This document shows positions 37,673 through 47,807 of a DNA stretch of 64,000 bases, piece after piece. Position numbers and translations under genes: made by a program. Numbering within the stretch: position 1 is the stretch's first letter; each line of letters opens with the position of its first letter. Source of the stretch: a virus (Duplodnaviria > Caudoviricetes); the IMG/VR virus record IMGVR_UViG_3300008107_000043, positions 14,521 to 78,520 of that record, one strand, 5' to 3'. The notes beneath the pieces were generated by a model, which did no database searches, was not told the origin of the DNA, and saw nothing but the letters and a program-made list of their open reading frames with translations.

Positions 37673-38355
37673 TTGAAGTATTTTTAAGACATTGTTATAC
37701 ATCCAAAGTTAATCTTTCAGGAGCAAATCGTCCAGATTGGTGGGATAAAGAAAAGGTATTTGAGAATTTCAAGAATACACTCAATCCAGAAACTACCAAC
37801 TATACAATCATCTTTGATGAGTGTTATGGAAAGCAAGAAGACACTTTCCTCAAAGATGAAGAGTCAATTACAATTAACTGCGGTAAAGAAAGTTCTAGTT
37901 TTTGTAAGACACTAGACCATATTCTTTCTCAAGACTTTGATAATGATACAATCATCTATTTTCTTGAAGATGATTATGTACACCGTCCAGAATGGGATAG
38001 GGCTCTCATAGATGCATTTACTCTTCCAGTTCAGTACGCAACCTTATACGACCACGGAGATAAGTATCAGGAGATGTATAAGGACTTTATGACTAAAGTT
38101 CTAGCAACAAAATATTCTCATTGGATGCCAACTCCTTCAACAACAAATACTTTTGCTGTTAAGTTTAAAACACTCAAAGAAGATAAAGAAATTCATAGAC
38201 ACTTCTCAACAGGATTTGAACCTTCTGCAGACCACGGTAAATTTTTAGAACTACATAAGAAAGGAAGGAATTTAATCTCAAGTATTCCTGGTTATTCTAC
38301 ACACTGTCATTCACAATTTTTATCCCCGTGTATTGATTGGAGCACATACTTATGA
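37669..38355 (+). CDS. Putative glycosyltransferase (GT-A)
   Basis: IIYFLEDDYVH motif; IPGYSTH C-terminal motif. Confidence 0.6.
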   Translation: MIEVFLRHCYTSKVNLSGANRPDWWDKEKVFENFKNTLNPETTNYTIIFDECYGKQEDTFLKDEESITINCGKESSSFCKTLDHILSQDFDNDTIIYFLEDDYVHRPEWDRALIDAFTLPVQYATLYDHGDKYQEMYKDFMTKVLATKYSHWMPTPSTTNTFAVKFKTLKEDKEIHRHFSTGFEPSADHGKFLELHKKGRNLISSIPGYSTHCHSQFLSPCIDWSTYL

Positions 38356-39887
38356 AAGTTACACTATACGCAATTGCAAAGAACGAAGAAAAGAATATTG
38401 AAAAGTTTCTCAAGAATGCAGAGAAGTTTGATGATGTAGTTGTAGTTGATACTGGAAGCACAGATGATACAGTTCAACTACTGAAGGATGCTGGTATTAA
38501 AGTTTATGAGCATTCACAAACTCGTGAAGAGTTTGATTTTTCAGTTGCAAGAAATCAGGCACTTTCTTATGTAGAAACTGATTGGGCATTTGCACTTGAT
38601 TTTAATGAGGATGTTTCTGAGTTTCATCCAGAAGGTTTTGGTGTGATTGCTGGTGAATTTACCACATTCAGACATTTGAGATATGATGATAATGGTGGTG
38701 ATGAACCAGTTCAGTCTAATGAAGTTCATACTCGTCTTCATAGAACCAAGAATTATACTTGGGTGAATGCTGTTCACGAAGTTCCAAACTTTATTCCAAC
38801 AGAAGAATATCTGAATGAAGTTTGTGTAGATACTACCATTAAGATTACTAAGAAAATTAATAAGACTGTAGATAAGGAATTATTCTACTTTAATATTTGT
38901 GAAAGAGAGCATAAAAAAAATCCTACTGACTGGTATTGGATTTGGTTTATTTTCAATCATTATTATAATGTCCAAAATGCACAAAAAGCACTTGAATATG
39001 GTCAAGAGTTTCTAAACGTATCTAAACCTTACTTTGATAGTTTTAGAATTCTTGCTTTTATTCGCTGCAGTCAAATTCTACTGAATACGGGTGATATGCA
39101 ACGAGGAATGAATTATGCATTCCACGCAGTTAGTGAAGGAATGAATATGGGAGGTTCTCATTTATCTCAAGCATTTGGATATTTGTTTGAACTTTCTAAG
39201 AGATTGAATAATCCCAATCTTACAATTTTTGCAACTGGATTCAATCCAGATATGCTTTCATCACCAGAAAGACTTAGTGCAATTGATAAACTATTCTTAA
39301 CCAATCTTGAAGATATTCCTTCTTGCTGGAGAGGTCATCGTAGATTTGCTGAATGGTTGGTAACGCAAGTCAATCCAGAAGTAACTGTGGATCTTGGAGT
39401 TGATTGGGGATTCTCAACTTTCTGTTTTGCAATGCCTCGTATTGGGCAAGTTTATGGTGTTGATACTTTTGAAGGAGATCAATTTACTGGTGGAAATCAC
39501 GGTTCTTATGAGTATGTTCTCAATAAGCAAGAGAAGTTGTTTATGAAAGATAATGTGACTTTCATCAAAGGACTTTTTGATGAGGTTGCAAAGACTTGGG
39601 ATAAGCAAATAGACATCTTACATATTGATGGTGATCACGCTTATGAATCAGTAAAGCACGATTATGAAACTTGGAGTCCGTTTGTAAAAGAAAATGGTGT
39701 GATACTATTCCACGATACTTGTATTGAAGAACTGAATGGAAATCAATATGGTGTGAAGAAATTTTTTGATGAACTGGATCTTCCAAAAGTAACCTTTACT
39801 CATACTTTTGGTCTTGGAGTTGCCTCTAAAAACAAAGATCTGATTGAGTTTATTCAGAATAACTTTGATTTAAATAATCCACTATGA
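38352..39887 (+). CDS. GT2 glycosyltransferase-TPR-methyltransferase (Methyltransf_24-like) fusion
   Basis: YAIAKNEE...VVVDTGSTD...FDFSVARN (GT2); VDLGVDWGFS...GVDTF...IDILHIDGDH.YE.V..D...GVILFHD (class I SAM methyltransferase). Confidence 0.85.
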   Translation: MKVTLYAIAKNEEKNIEKFLKNAEKFDDVVVVDTGSTDDTVQLLKDAGIKVYEHSQTREEFDFSVARNQALSYVETDWAFALDFNEDVSEFHPEGFGVIAGEFTTFRHLRYDDNGGDEPVQSNEVHTRLHRTKNYTWVNAVHEVPNFIPTEEYLNEVCVDTTIKITKKINKTVDKELFYFNICEREHKKNPTDWYWIWFIFNHYYNVQNAQKALEYGQEFLNVSKPYFDSFRILAFIRCSQILLNTGDMQRGMNYAFHAVSEGMNMGGSHLSQAFGYLFELSKRLNNPNLTIFATGFNPDMLSSPERLSAIDKLFLTNLEDIPSCWRGHRRFAEWLVTQVNPEVTVDLGVDWGFSTFCFAMPRIGQVYGVDTFEGDQFTGGNHGSYEYVLNKQEKLFMKDNVTFIKGLFDEVAKTWDKQIDILHIDGDHAYESVKHDYETWSPFVKENGVILFHDTCIEELNGNQYGVKKFFDELDLPKVTFTHTFGLGVASKNKDLIEFIQNNFDLNNPL

Positions 39888-40240
39888 AAGTAGTAGTTCC
39901 TATATCAGTTGGAGAACTTTTAGATAAGATTACTATCTTAGAAATAAAATCTATGTTCACTAACAACGAATATGTTTTGAAAGAGTTAGCAGATCTCAAT
40001 TTAATTAAAAGTTGTCTAACTCAATATACTTTAGGGTATGAAGTCCAACTCAAAAAAGTGAATGAAAAACTTTGGAAAATAGAAGATAGACTCAGAGAAA
40101 AGGAAAAATTACAACACTTTGATGAAGAGTTTATTGAACTTGCTCGCAGTGTTTATATCACTAATGATGAAAGAGCAAAGATTAAAAAAGAAGTCAATGA
40201 GTTATGTAATTCTGATTATAGAGAAGTAAAGGTATACTAA
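39884..40240 (+). CDS. Conserved hypothetical protein (DUF6165-like)
   Basis: PISVGELLDKITILEIK...LWKIED..R...FIELARSVYITNDERA.IK. Confidence 0.7.
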   Translation: MKVVVPISVGELLDKITILEIKSMFTNNEYVLKELADLNLIKSCLTQYTLGYEVQLKKVNEKLWKIEDRLREKEKLQHFDEEFIELARSVYITNDERAKIKKEVNELCNSDYREVKVY

Positions 40241-40263
40241 ATACTTAAAAGTTCTTAAGACAG

Positions 40264-40599
40264 ATGGCAGTTGCTGAAATTACGAATATTGTAATCGATA
40301 AAGGAACTGATTTTGAAGCAACCTTTAATCTTTATGACCCGGACCAATCTCAAACATATTTGACGGGTCTTACAACAACTTATGCAAGTATTCGTAAGTA
40401 TCCTGAAGCAACTTCATATGAAGAGTTTTCCAAGACTATTACTGCAGCAACCGGAACTATTTTATTAAGACTCACTGCACAACAAACTGCAAATCTTAAG
40501 GCAGGAAGAAATTATTTTGATGTCATTTTAACAATTGATGGAAAGAAAACGAAGGTAATTAAAGGTACTGCAATTGTAGAAGAGAGTGTATCCCTATGA
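40264..40599 (+). CDS. Small structural protein (baseplate/fibre attachment-like)
   Basis: NIVIDKGTDF...LTAQQTANLKAGRNYFDV...VIKG; late promoter at 40238. Confidence 0.55.
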   Translation: MAVAEITNIVIDKGTDFEATFNLYDPDQSQTYLTGLTTTYASIRKYPEATSYEEFSKTITAATGTILLRLTAQQTANLKAGRNYFDVILTIDGKKTKVIKGTAIVEESVSL

Positions 40600-40922
40600 C
40601 ATATAAAGTTACCTTTTCTTCTGGTAATAATTATTCAGTCAAATCTTCACAACCAATCAATCCAAAAGTTTCTATCAGTTATGGAATTCAAATTATGCCA
40701 CAGAATTTAGATGAACTTACGGATGTAGAAATTAGTGGTAATAATGATAAGTATGTGTTGATGTATGATGCTGCATCGGGAAAATGGAGAGATGTAAATC
40801 CGGATGAAGTTCTTTCTGCTGCAACAAATGAACCTAATCAACCAGGATTGCCTGCCGACTTTGAAAATCAATTGGATATTGATTTAGACAATAAAATTGA
40901 TCTTGATGCAGGTACTTTCTAG
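40596..40922 (+). CDS. Small structural protein
   Basis: LDELTDV...VLMYDAASGKW motif; C-terminal LDAGTF, like the next gene (IDAGTF). Confidence 0.55.
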   Translation: MTYKVTFSSGNNYSVKSSQPINPKVSISYGIQIMPQNLDELTDVEISGNNDKYVLMYDAASGKWRDVNPDEVLSAATNEPNQPGLPADFENQLDIDLDNKIDLDAGTF

Positions 40923-40958
40923 TTAAACTAAATAACTAAAAGTAAATAGCATAAAGAA

Positions 40959-43208
40959 ATGCCTGCACCAGTACTTCAGTTTAAAAGAGGTAATGCAGGG
41001 GTAGCAGGAACCGTACCTGCACTCCGTCCAGGTGAGCCAGCAATTTCATTAAATAACTTTGACCTTTTTATTGGTATTGATACCTCAGTAGCGAACAATA
41101 AATTCTTTGGTTCTCATCGTTATTGGGAAAGAGAAGATGGAACAAATTCTTCAAAGTTAAAACTTGTTTCTAATAACGGGTCGCAATCAATAAATTTAAG
41201 AGCTCCTACAGGACTTGGTGCAACTTTTACTTACACTTTTCCAGCAACTGGTGTTGGAAATAGTGGAAAAGTATTGACTACAAATGAAAGTGGACAATTA
41301 TCTTGGGTTGACTCAATAAATAGTCTTACAATTATTGATATTGTTGGGGGTATTGGAACTTTTTATAATGATGTTGGATTTACTTCAACTACAAATAATG
41401 TTCTCGGCAACGAAAATACTGGTGCTGTCCAGATTGATGGTGGTGTGGGTATTGCCAAGAACCTAACAGTTAAAGAAAATTTTTATGTTGGTGGGAATTC
41501 TCAATTTGTTGGTAGTTTAGATATAAATGGAGATTTAGATGTAGCTGGTAATGTTTATATTGGCGGAACCACAGTTACTCTTCGTGGTACTGATGTTTAT
41601 ATTGAAAACAAAGACATTATTCTTGGATATACAACATCAATCACGCCAAATGATAATACTGCAAATCACGCAGGTGTTGCAATTGCATCAACTGTAGGAA
41701 GTCCATTAGTATCTTTTAGTGCCTCGGGAATCAATACTCTTCCCGATACTTATAAGCAAATGATGTGGTTCAAGAGTGGAACTCTTGGATTCTCAACTGA
41801 TGCATTTGGTTTTAACTATGGTGTAGCAATTGGAACCACAACGATGGCGGATGGAGTTCGCCTTGCTGTCGGTTCAGGTATCACAATGTCTGATACCACG
41901 ATCACTGCATCAAATTTTTATGGTACTTTTAATGGTACTACATCAACCGCAACTAGAGCGACAACTGTTGATACTACATCAACTTCAACAAACACTAACT
42001 ATCACTTAGTCTTTACTGATAATGCAACAAGCACTAATAGTGCAACGATGCGTGTTGATGCTGGTATTTACTATAACCCATCATCAAATTACTTGTTCTC
42101 TAGTCTATTTGTAGGTGATGTTGCTGCAGGAATCATTAAGGCAGCAGATACAACTACAGCAATGACGCTGGCAAATAGCACAGGTAATGTGACATTTAAT
42201 GGCGATATTCAAATTGGTGGTAATGATATTAAGGCATCTGATGGAACAACAGCACTTACACTTTCAACATCAACTGGAAATGTTGCGTTCCAAGGCAAAG
42301 TTATTGCAAATAGTTATAGAAGTTCAATAAATGCAAGTGATACATTAACATTCTCTGATTTAGATGCAACTTTTGCAAGAAATCTAGTTGTTACTGGTAT
42401 TACTACAACAGGAACATTTAAACTTTCTGGCACTTCTGGTATTGGTATTACTGGTATTTCAGCAAGTACATCTCTTGCAGAAAATAGTGATAATTATCTA
42501 CCAACTCAAAAGGCAGTTAAGGCATATGTTGATGCTGTTGATGTAACTCTTGGACTGAATGCTGATAGTGGTGGTCCAAGCACAGTCAACACATCACAGA
42601 CATTAACGATTAGTGGAACTGCGAGTGAAGTAGAAACATCCGTTTCTGGACAGACTGTTACAATTGGTCTTCCAAATGATGTTGTTGTCGGAACTTCTTT
42701 GAGTGCTCCAACACTCAGAACTGGCACAATTCAATCATCAAACACTGGTGCCACGGCAATTACGATTGTTGCAAATGATGTTACCATCGCAGATGATTTA
42801 ACAGTTCAAGGAAATCTTTATGTAAACGGAAATACAACTCAAGTTAATACTACTTCAATTACTGTAGAAGATCGTACTATTGAACTTGGTGTTGTTGATG
42901 GTTCTGCTCCTTCTTCATCAACTACTTGGGACCTTGGAGTTTTCTTTAACTATTATACGGATGCAGCAAAGAAATCTGCAGTTGTCTGGGAGCATTCTGA
43001 TTCAAGATTTAAGTTTGGTTCAGTAGTTACTGATGGAGGTGGATCTGGAAATAATAACCCACAACTCACAGTATCTACATTTGCTCCAATTGAAGTTGGA
43101 GAACTCTGGATTAATAATTCTTGTACAGGTGGTTCTGCTCAGGTGATTGGATGTGTAGGTTCTGAACTGCAACTCCAAAATATCACGATTGACGCTGGAA
43201 CTTTCTAA
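40959..43208 (+). CDS. Tail-fibre-like protein
   Basis: N-terminal LQFKRG...LRPGEPAI attachment motif; GAVQIDGGVGIAKNL and LPTQKAVKAYVD fibre motifs. Confidence 0.7.
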   Translation: MPAPVLQFKRGNAGVAGTVPALRPGEPAISLNNFDLFIGIDTSVANNKFFGSHRYWEREDGTNSSKLKLVSNNGSQSINLRAPTGLGATFTYTFPATGVGNSGKVLTTNESGQLSWVDSINSLTIIDIVGGIGTFYNDVGFTSTTNNVLGNENTGAVQIDGGVGIAKNLTVKENFYVGGNSQFVGSLDINGDLDVAGNVYIGGTTVTLRGTDVYIENKDIILGYTTSITPNDNTANHAGVAIASTVGSPLVSFSASGINTLPDTYKQMMWFKSGTLGFSTDAFGFNYGVAIGTTTMADGVRLAVGSGITMSDTTITASNFYGTFNGTTSTATRATTVDTTSTSTNTNYHLVFTDNATSTNSATMRVDAGIYYNPSSNYLFSSLFVGDVAAGIIKAADTTTAMTLANSTGNVTFNGDIQIGGNDIKASDGTTALTLSTSTGNVAFQGKVIANSYRSSINASDTLTFSDLDATFARNLVVTGITTTGTFKLSGTSGIGITGISASTSLAENSDNYLPTQKAVKAYVDAVDVTLGLNADSGGPSTVNTSQTLTISGTASEVETSVSGQTVTIGLPNDVVVGTSLSAPTLRTGTIQSSNTGATAITIVANDVTIADDLTVQGNLYVNGNTTQVNTTSITVEDRTIELGVVDGSAPSSSTTWDLGVFFNYYTDAAKKSAVVWEHSDSRFKFGSVVTDGGGSGNNNPQLTVSTFAPIEVGELWINNSCTGGSAQVIGCVGSELQLQNITIDAGTF

Positions 43209-43226
43209 AGATTAATCACATATTCT

Positions 43227-43256
43227 AAATAGGAGGAGATAACTCCTCCTATTTTT
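43227..43256 (+). terminator. Perfect 12-bp hairpin, putative terminator overlapping a late promoter
   Basis: AAATAGGAGGAG-ATAA-CTCCTCCTATTT followed by T run. Confidence 0.55.
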
Positions 43257-43445
43257 ATGTCTGAAGATGATTTGAAATCAGTAATTGCAAAATATCAACA
43301 AAAATCATTTGAACTTTTTAATCAAAATATTGTATTGGAAACTCAAGTAGAAAAACTTAATATTACAGTAAGTGCTTTGAGTGCAGAACTTGAGAAATTA
43401 AAGAAACCAAAAAGAGGAACAAAGACAGAAGGAGAATTTGAATAA
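43257..43445 (+). CDS. Small coiled-coil protein
   Basis: 62 aa with heptad-like periodicity. Confidence 0.65.
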   Translation: MSEDDLKSVIAKYQQKSFELFNQNIVLETQVEKLNITVSALSAELEKLKKPKRGTKTEGEFE

Positions 43446-44207
43446 ATGGCACTTGCTCACTCACCCTCAATAGTTACATCAGGATTAGTTCTTTGTTTAG
43501 ATGCAGCAAATACAAAGTCTTATCCTGGAACAGGTGAAACTTGGACTGATTTGAGTGGTCGTGGAAATAATGCAACAAGAACAAATAATGGTGGATATGG
43601 TGGTCAAGTAACATATAATTCTTCTGGTTATTTTGATTTTAGTGTGAATAGTCCTGCATCTACTTCTGGTGCTGGTGCTGGTAATGGATTTACTATGTCA
43701 AGTATGATTATCCCATCAACTGGTAGTTTTACTTTAAGTGCTTTTATACGAAGAAATCTATCAGTAAAAGCAGCAGGAGATAGAGAAACTATCTTTAGTA
43801 ATACTGCTAGTGCTGATGGATGGAGATTTGGGGTATTTGATACTGGAGGCATATACTATCTTATTGGTGGTGCTGGTGGTTCTGGATATCAAGAAGGTGG
43901 TCTTGGCGGAAGCACTCTAACAAATGGAAATTGGCATATGATGACTGCTGTGTTTGACCGTGCTGCTGTTCTTGGTTCTTATACAATATATGGTTATATT
44001 GATGGTGTTGCATCTGGGAGTGCAACTATTTCTGCCGGTGCTGGTGGTAATGTTGCATTTAGTACTCAAAATCCTGGAGTTGGTTATGGTGGATGTTGTG
44101 ATGTTTTTGCAGGACAAATAGCAACTGTTTCTGCATACAACAGAGCCCTCACGGCATCAGAAATACGACAAAACTTCAACGCCCTTCGTAGTCGTTTCTC
44201 AATTTAA
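43446..44207 (+). CDS. LamG/concanavalin A-like lectin-domain protein
   Basis: PSIVTSGLVLCLDAAN.KSYPG.G.TWTDLSG.GN start; WHMMTAV, YIDG, YNRALTASEIRQNFNA end. Confidence 0.8.
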   Translation: MALAHSPSIVTSGLVLCLDAANTKSYPGTGETWTDLSGRGNNATRTNNGGYGGQVTYNSSGYFDFSVNSPASTSGAGAGNGFTMSSMIIPSTGSFTLSAFIRRNLSVKAAGDRETIFSNTASADGWRFGVFDTGGIYYLIGGAGGSGYQEGGLGGSTLTNGNWHMMTAVFDRAAVLGSYTIYGYIDGVASGSATISAGAGGNVAFSTQNPGVGYGGCCDVFAGQIATVSAYNRALTASEIRQNFNALRSRFSI

Positions 44208-44241
44208 CATAAATACAAAAACGAAGAGGTATTGAGAGAGA

Positions 44242-44865
44242 ATGGGAGTACAATATAACACCCCTCGCACAACATTTGGACTTGCTGGAAAGTTTTTTAA
44301 CGGAAGTTGGAGAGCAACTATTGCTAATGGTAATATTGGAACTTTACCACTAACCACAGCAAACGACAGTAGTAATGTTACTGGAACTACTGGACTACCA
44401 TCAGCAAATCATAGATATGGAGTTAATTTGTGGACTTCCATAGCATTTGGTAATGATATTGGTAGTAATTATGGTTTTATTGCTATTGGATATTTTTTAC
44501 CACCATCTACAGGAACTTATACAATATATACTTCATCTGATGATTATAGTGGTGTTTGGATAGGAAATTTAGCACTACCAGAGGAAACAAGAACCTCTGC
44601 TAATGCAACATTAAATAATGGAATGAATTTGGGAAGTGGTGGTCAAGCAAACACTAAAAGGTCTGCAACTATATCTTTGACTGGCAAAGTGATGTATCCA
44701 ATCAGAATAGTAATGGAAGAAGCTGGTGGAGGAGACAATCTTACTTTTAGTTGGTCAGGTCCCGGAATAGCAGAGACAACAGATTTATCAACACATTTTC
44801 GTACACCTATATCACCAAGTGGAGCACTAGCAGGAAATTACTTTTTTAGACCAAGCAATATCTAA
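44242..44865 (+). CDS. PA14-domain protein
   Basis: GYFLPPSTGTYTIYTSSDD...YPIRI..EE.GGGD.L..SW.GP. Confidence 0.8.
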   Translation: MGVQYNTPRTTFGLAGKFFNGSWRATIANGNIGTLPLTTANDSSNVTGTTGLPSANHRYGVNLWTSIAFGNDIGSNYGFIAIGYFLPPSTGTYTIYTSSDDYSGVWIGNLALPEETRTSANATLNNGMNLGSGGQANTKRSATISLTGKVMYPIRIVMEEAGGGDNLTFSWSGPGIAETTDLSTHFRTPISPSGALAGNYFFRPSNI

Positions 44866-44882
44866 ATACTTCAAAAACCCAA

Positions 44883-44957
44883 ATGTACAGCAGAGCACTC
44901 ACAGCGGCAGAAATCCAACAAAACTTCAATGCATTAAGAGGGAGGTTTGGAATCTAA
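44883..44957 (+). pseudogene. Remnant C-terminus of a LamG-type lectin gene
   Basis: Encodes MYSRALTAAEIQQNFNALRGRFGI*, matching the end of 43446..44207 (YNRALTASEIRQNFNALRSRFSI*). Confidence 0.75.
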
Positions 44958-45487
44958 TGGGTGTTTATTGTGGCATTACAACTAGTTGGATTAACTTACA
45001 ATCTGGACTTTTAGGAAAAAGATATGTTAATTATTATAATGATGTTGTTTCATTTTTTTCCACCGCAACATTGCACGGTGATATCAACTTAACAACATCT
45101 ATTAATAACTTTACTAGCAGTGCTGATTTAGACAGTTGGATGTGGTTAGGATATTTTCTTGCACCTACAACAGGAACTTATACTTTTTATACCTCCTCTG
45201 ATGATGCAAGTCATTTATGGATAGGTTCTAATGCATTAACTGGATATACTACTGCAAATTCAACTGTTAATAATGGAGGTCTTCACGGAGTTGTGGAGAA
45301 AAGTGGAACTACAACATTAACAGCGGGAGTTTATTATCCAATTAGAATAATGTTTGGGGAAAATGGTGGTGGTGATGTTATGACAGTTTCATTCGCTGGA
45401 CCAGGAATAACAAAAACTACCAATGGTTTGGGGTATTATTTTGGTGGTAGAGATATTTTATTTACAGATAAGAGAACTTTTACATAA
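44957..45487 (+). CDS. PA14-domain protein
   Basis: GYFLAPTTGTYTFYTSSDDASHLWIG...YYPIRIMFGENGGGD. Confidence 0.8.
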   Translation: MGVYCGITTSWINLQSGLLGKRYVNYYNDVVSFFSTATLHGDINLTTSINNFTSSADLDSWMWLGYFLAPTTGTYTFYTSSDDASHLWIGSNALTGYTTANSTVNNGGLHGVVEKSGTTTLTAGVYYPIRIMFGENGGGDVMTVSFAGPGITKTTNGLGYYFGGRDILFTDKRTFT

Positions 45488-45599
45488 TTAAATTTAACAA
45501 AATAACAACAAAATCTCGCTATGGTCTATAGGTTATAAATAATAAAAAACTCTTACATAAGAGTTTCTCTACGGTATATACCATCAATGAGAGGATTGA

Positions 45600-47465
45600 A
45601 TGGCAGATCCAAATATTAGGATAAAAAGGTCAGCAGTTCCCGGTAAAGCACCGCAGGTAAGTGATTTGCCTTTGGGAGAACTTGGCCTTAATACATATGA
45701 TGCAGAGTTATATGCCCGTAGAGAAAGAGCAGGTATAGGCACCGATATTGTAAGACTTGGTGCTGGAGCAACAGTTACTAATATTCTTTATGTCACACAA
45801 GATGGAAGCGACACCAATACAGGAAAAAAACTTGGAGACGCAAAACGAACAATTGGAGCAGCACTTACAACAGCAACAACAGGAACAGTTATTAAAGTTA
45901 GTGCTGGATCTTATCTAGAAAATAATCCTCTCATTATTCCAGAGCAAGTTTCAATTGTTGGAGATAGTTTAAGAGAAGTATCAGTATCTCCACAGAATGC
46001 AAATCAAGACTTGTTCTATGTTTCTAATGGAAATTATATTGCAGAGATGTCTTATACAGGCACTCTGAATTCTGGTAAGGCAATCTTTGCATTCAATCCA
46101 ACTGAAGTAGGATATTTTAATCAGTCACCTTATATTCAGAACTGCACTAACTTTATTCCAAATAGTATTGGATTAAAGATTGATGGTTCAAAGGCAATAG
46201 GACCATTAAAGTCAATGGTTCTGGATTCATATACGCAGTATAATCAAGGCGGTATTGGTTGCTCAATTACCAACGAAGGTTATGCACAGTTGGTTTCATT
46301 GTTTACCATCTGTAATGATACTGCAGTTTTTTGTGGTTCTGGGGCTGCTTGTGATTTAACCAACTCAAACTCATCGTTTGGAAATTATGCACTCGTTGCC
46401 GATGGAGTTGGTCCAAAAAAATATACAGGTATTGTTACAAGTTCTGCAGCAGCAAATGCAGATACTTTTGTTTTGGATTTAAATGTTCCAACATTCAGTG
46501 TAACCAACGCACTTTATAATAATACTACAGGTCTTACCACAATTACAGTAAACTCTAATCACAATTTTAATGTTGGAATGGGAGTTTCGATTGTTGGTCT
46601 TGCATTTACTTGCTCTTCTGGACCAGGAATTGTAACTTACCCATCAGGAAATAAAGGATATATTTTTGAAGTTGTAGGAACTCCTTCTTCAACTTCTTTT
46701 GAGGTTTATGTTGGAGTTTCTACTCTCTCTCATACCTATCAATCTGGTGGAACTGCAAAAATAAATGTAGCAAGACCTTTTGATGGACAAGTGGTTTATT
46801 TTGAGGACTTATATTATACAGTTGGTGATATTACAGTTGGGTCTGGTGGAACTGGATATTCTGGAAATGCTGATGTGACAATTGGTTCTCCTTCAACACC
46901 TTGGGGTATTCTTGCCACTGCTGTTGCTGAAGTTAGAAATGGTTCTGTTATTTCCGTTGAAATGGTTTCAAGTGGGAGAGGTTATGGTTCTACGCCACCT
47001 TTAGTATCTTTCAGTATGCCAAATGTTGGGGTTAATTCTGCAACAGGATCTGCAAATCTTGCTCCAACTTATTATGTTATTCAAAGTTCTACACCAGTTT
47101 CTGCTGGAATATGTACGATTACACTAACTGATAATGTTCCTTATGCAGTTGGTGTAGGCACAACAGTTCCTTTCTTTAAACAAAGTAGAGTATTAGCATC
47201 AGGTCATTCTCTTGAATATATTGGATCTGGAACAAACATTGCAACTGCACTTCCTCAAAATGGTGGTGTGCCAATTCAAAATAATGAGACTAATTCTCGT
47301 AATGGTGGTCTTGTAGTATTCACATCTACTGACCAATCAGGAAACTTTAGAATTGGTGAGGGTGTTGCAATTAATCAACAAACAGGAACCATTAGTGGAA
47401 CATTTTATTCCAAGAGTTTGTTTTCAACAATGACACCATTTATTTTAGCACTAGGGGGAGATTAA
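45600..47465 (+). CDS. Tail-fibre/spike-like structural protein
   Basis: IRIKRSAVPGKAP...LGELGLNTYD attachment motif; LYVTQDGSD.NTG...AKRTI..A beta-helix-type start; ASGHSLEYIGSG motif also present in 15763..21597. Confidence 0.65.
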   Translation: MADPNIRIKRSAVPGKAPQVSDLPLGELGLNTYDAELYARRERAGIGTDIVRLGAGATVTNILYVTQDGSDTNTGKKLGDAKRTIGAALTTATTGTVIKVSAGSYLENNPLIIPEQVSIVGDSLREVSVSPQNANQDLFYVSNGNYIAEMSYTGTLNSGKAIFAFNPTEVGYFNQSPYIQNCTNFIPNSIGLKIDGSKAIGPLKSMVLDSYTQYNQGGIGCSITNEGYAQLVSLFTICNDTAVFCGSGAACDLTNSNSSFGNYALVADGVGPKKYTGIVTSSAAANADTFVLDLNVPTFSVTNALYNNTTGLTTITVNSNHNFNVGMGVSIVGLAFTCSSGPGIVTYPSGNKGYIFEVVGTPSSTSFEVYVGVSTLSHTYQSGGTAKINVARPFDGQVVYFEDLYYTVGDITVGSGGTGYSGNADVTIGSPSTPWGILATAVAEVRNGSVISVEMVSSGRGYGSTPPLVSFSMPNVGVNSATGSANLAPTYYVIQSSTPVSAGICTITLTDNVPYAVGVGTTVPFFKQSRVLASGHSLEYIGSGTNIATALPQNGGVPIQNNETNSRNGGLVVFTSTDQSGNFRIGEGVAINQQTGTISGTFYSKSLFSTMTPFILALGGD

Positions 47466-47468
47466 GAA

Positions 47469-47798
47469 ATGGCTTTACCATTAAATGTATTTCAAACTAT
47501 TACTGCAGTTATATCCATAAGTCCAACAGAGGTTTATACGGCACCTGTCGGATATACGGGTGTTGTCCTTTTAGCACAAGTTGCAAATATTGGAGCAACT
47601 TCTGCGGATGTGACTTTAGTTCATCGTAGAAGTTCTACCGATACTGAATTGTTAAAAAATTATCCAATTTCGGCAACTGATACTGCAAATCTTTTATCTG
47701 GAAAGTTAGTGCTTGAAAGTGGTGATAAATTAGTATTATCAGGTAGTAATGCAACTGACTTAAAATTTATCACAAGCATTTTAGAAACACTTAACTAA
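47469..47798 (+). CDS. Small structural protein
   Basis: VYTAP....VVLLAQVAN...KLVLESGD...SILET motif; fibre-operon context. Confidence 0.6.
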   Translation: MALPLNVFQTITAVISISPTEVYTAPVGYTGVVLLAQVANIGATSADVTLVHRRSSTDTELLKNYPISATDTANLLSGKLVLESGDKLVLSGSNATDLKFITSILETLN

Positions 47799-47807
47799 TA
47801 TAGAAAA

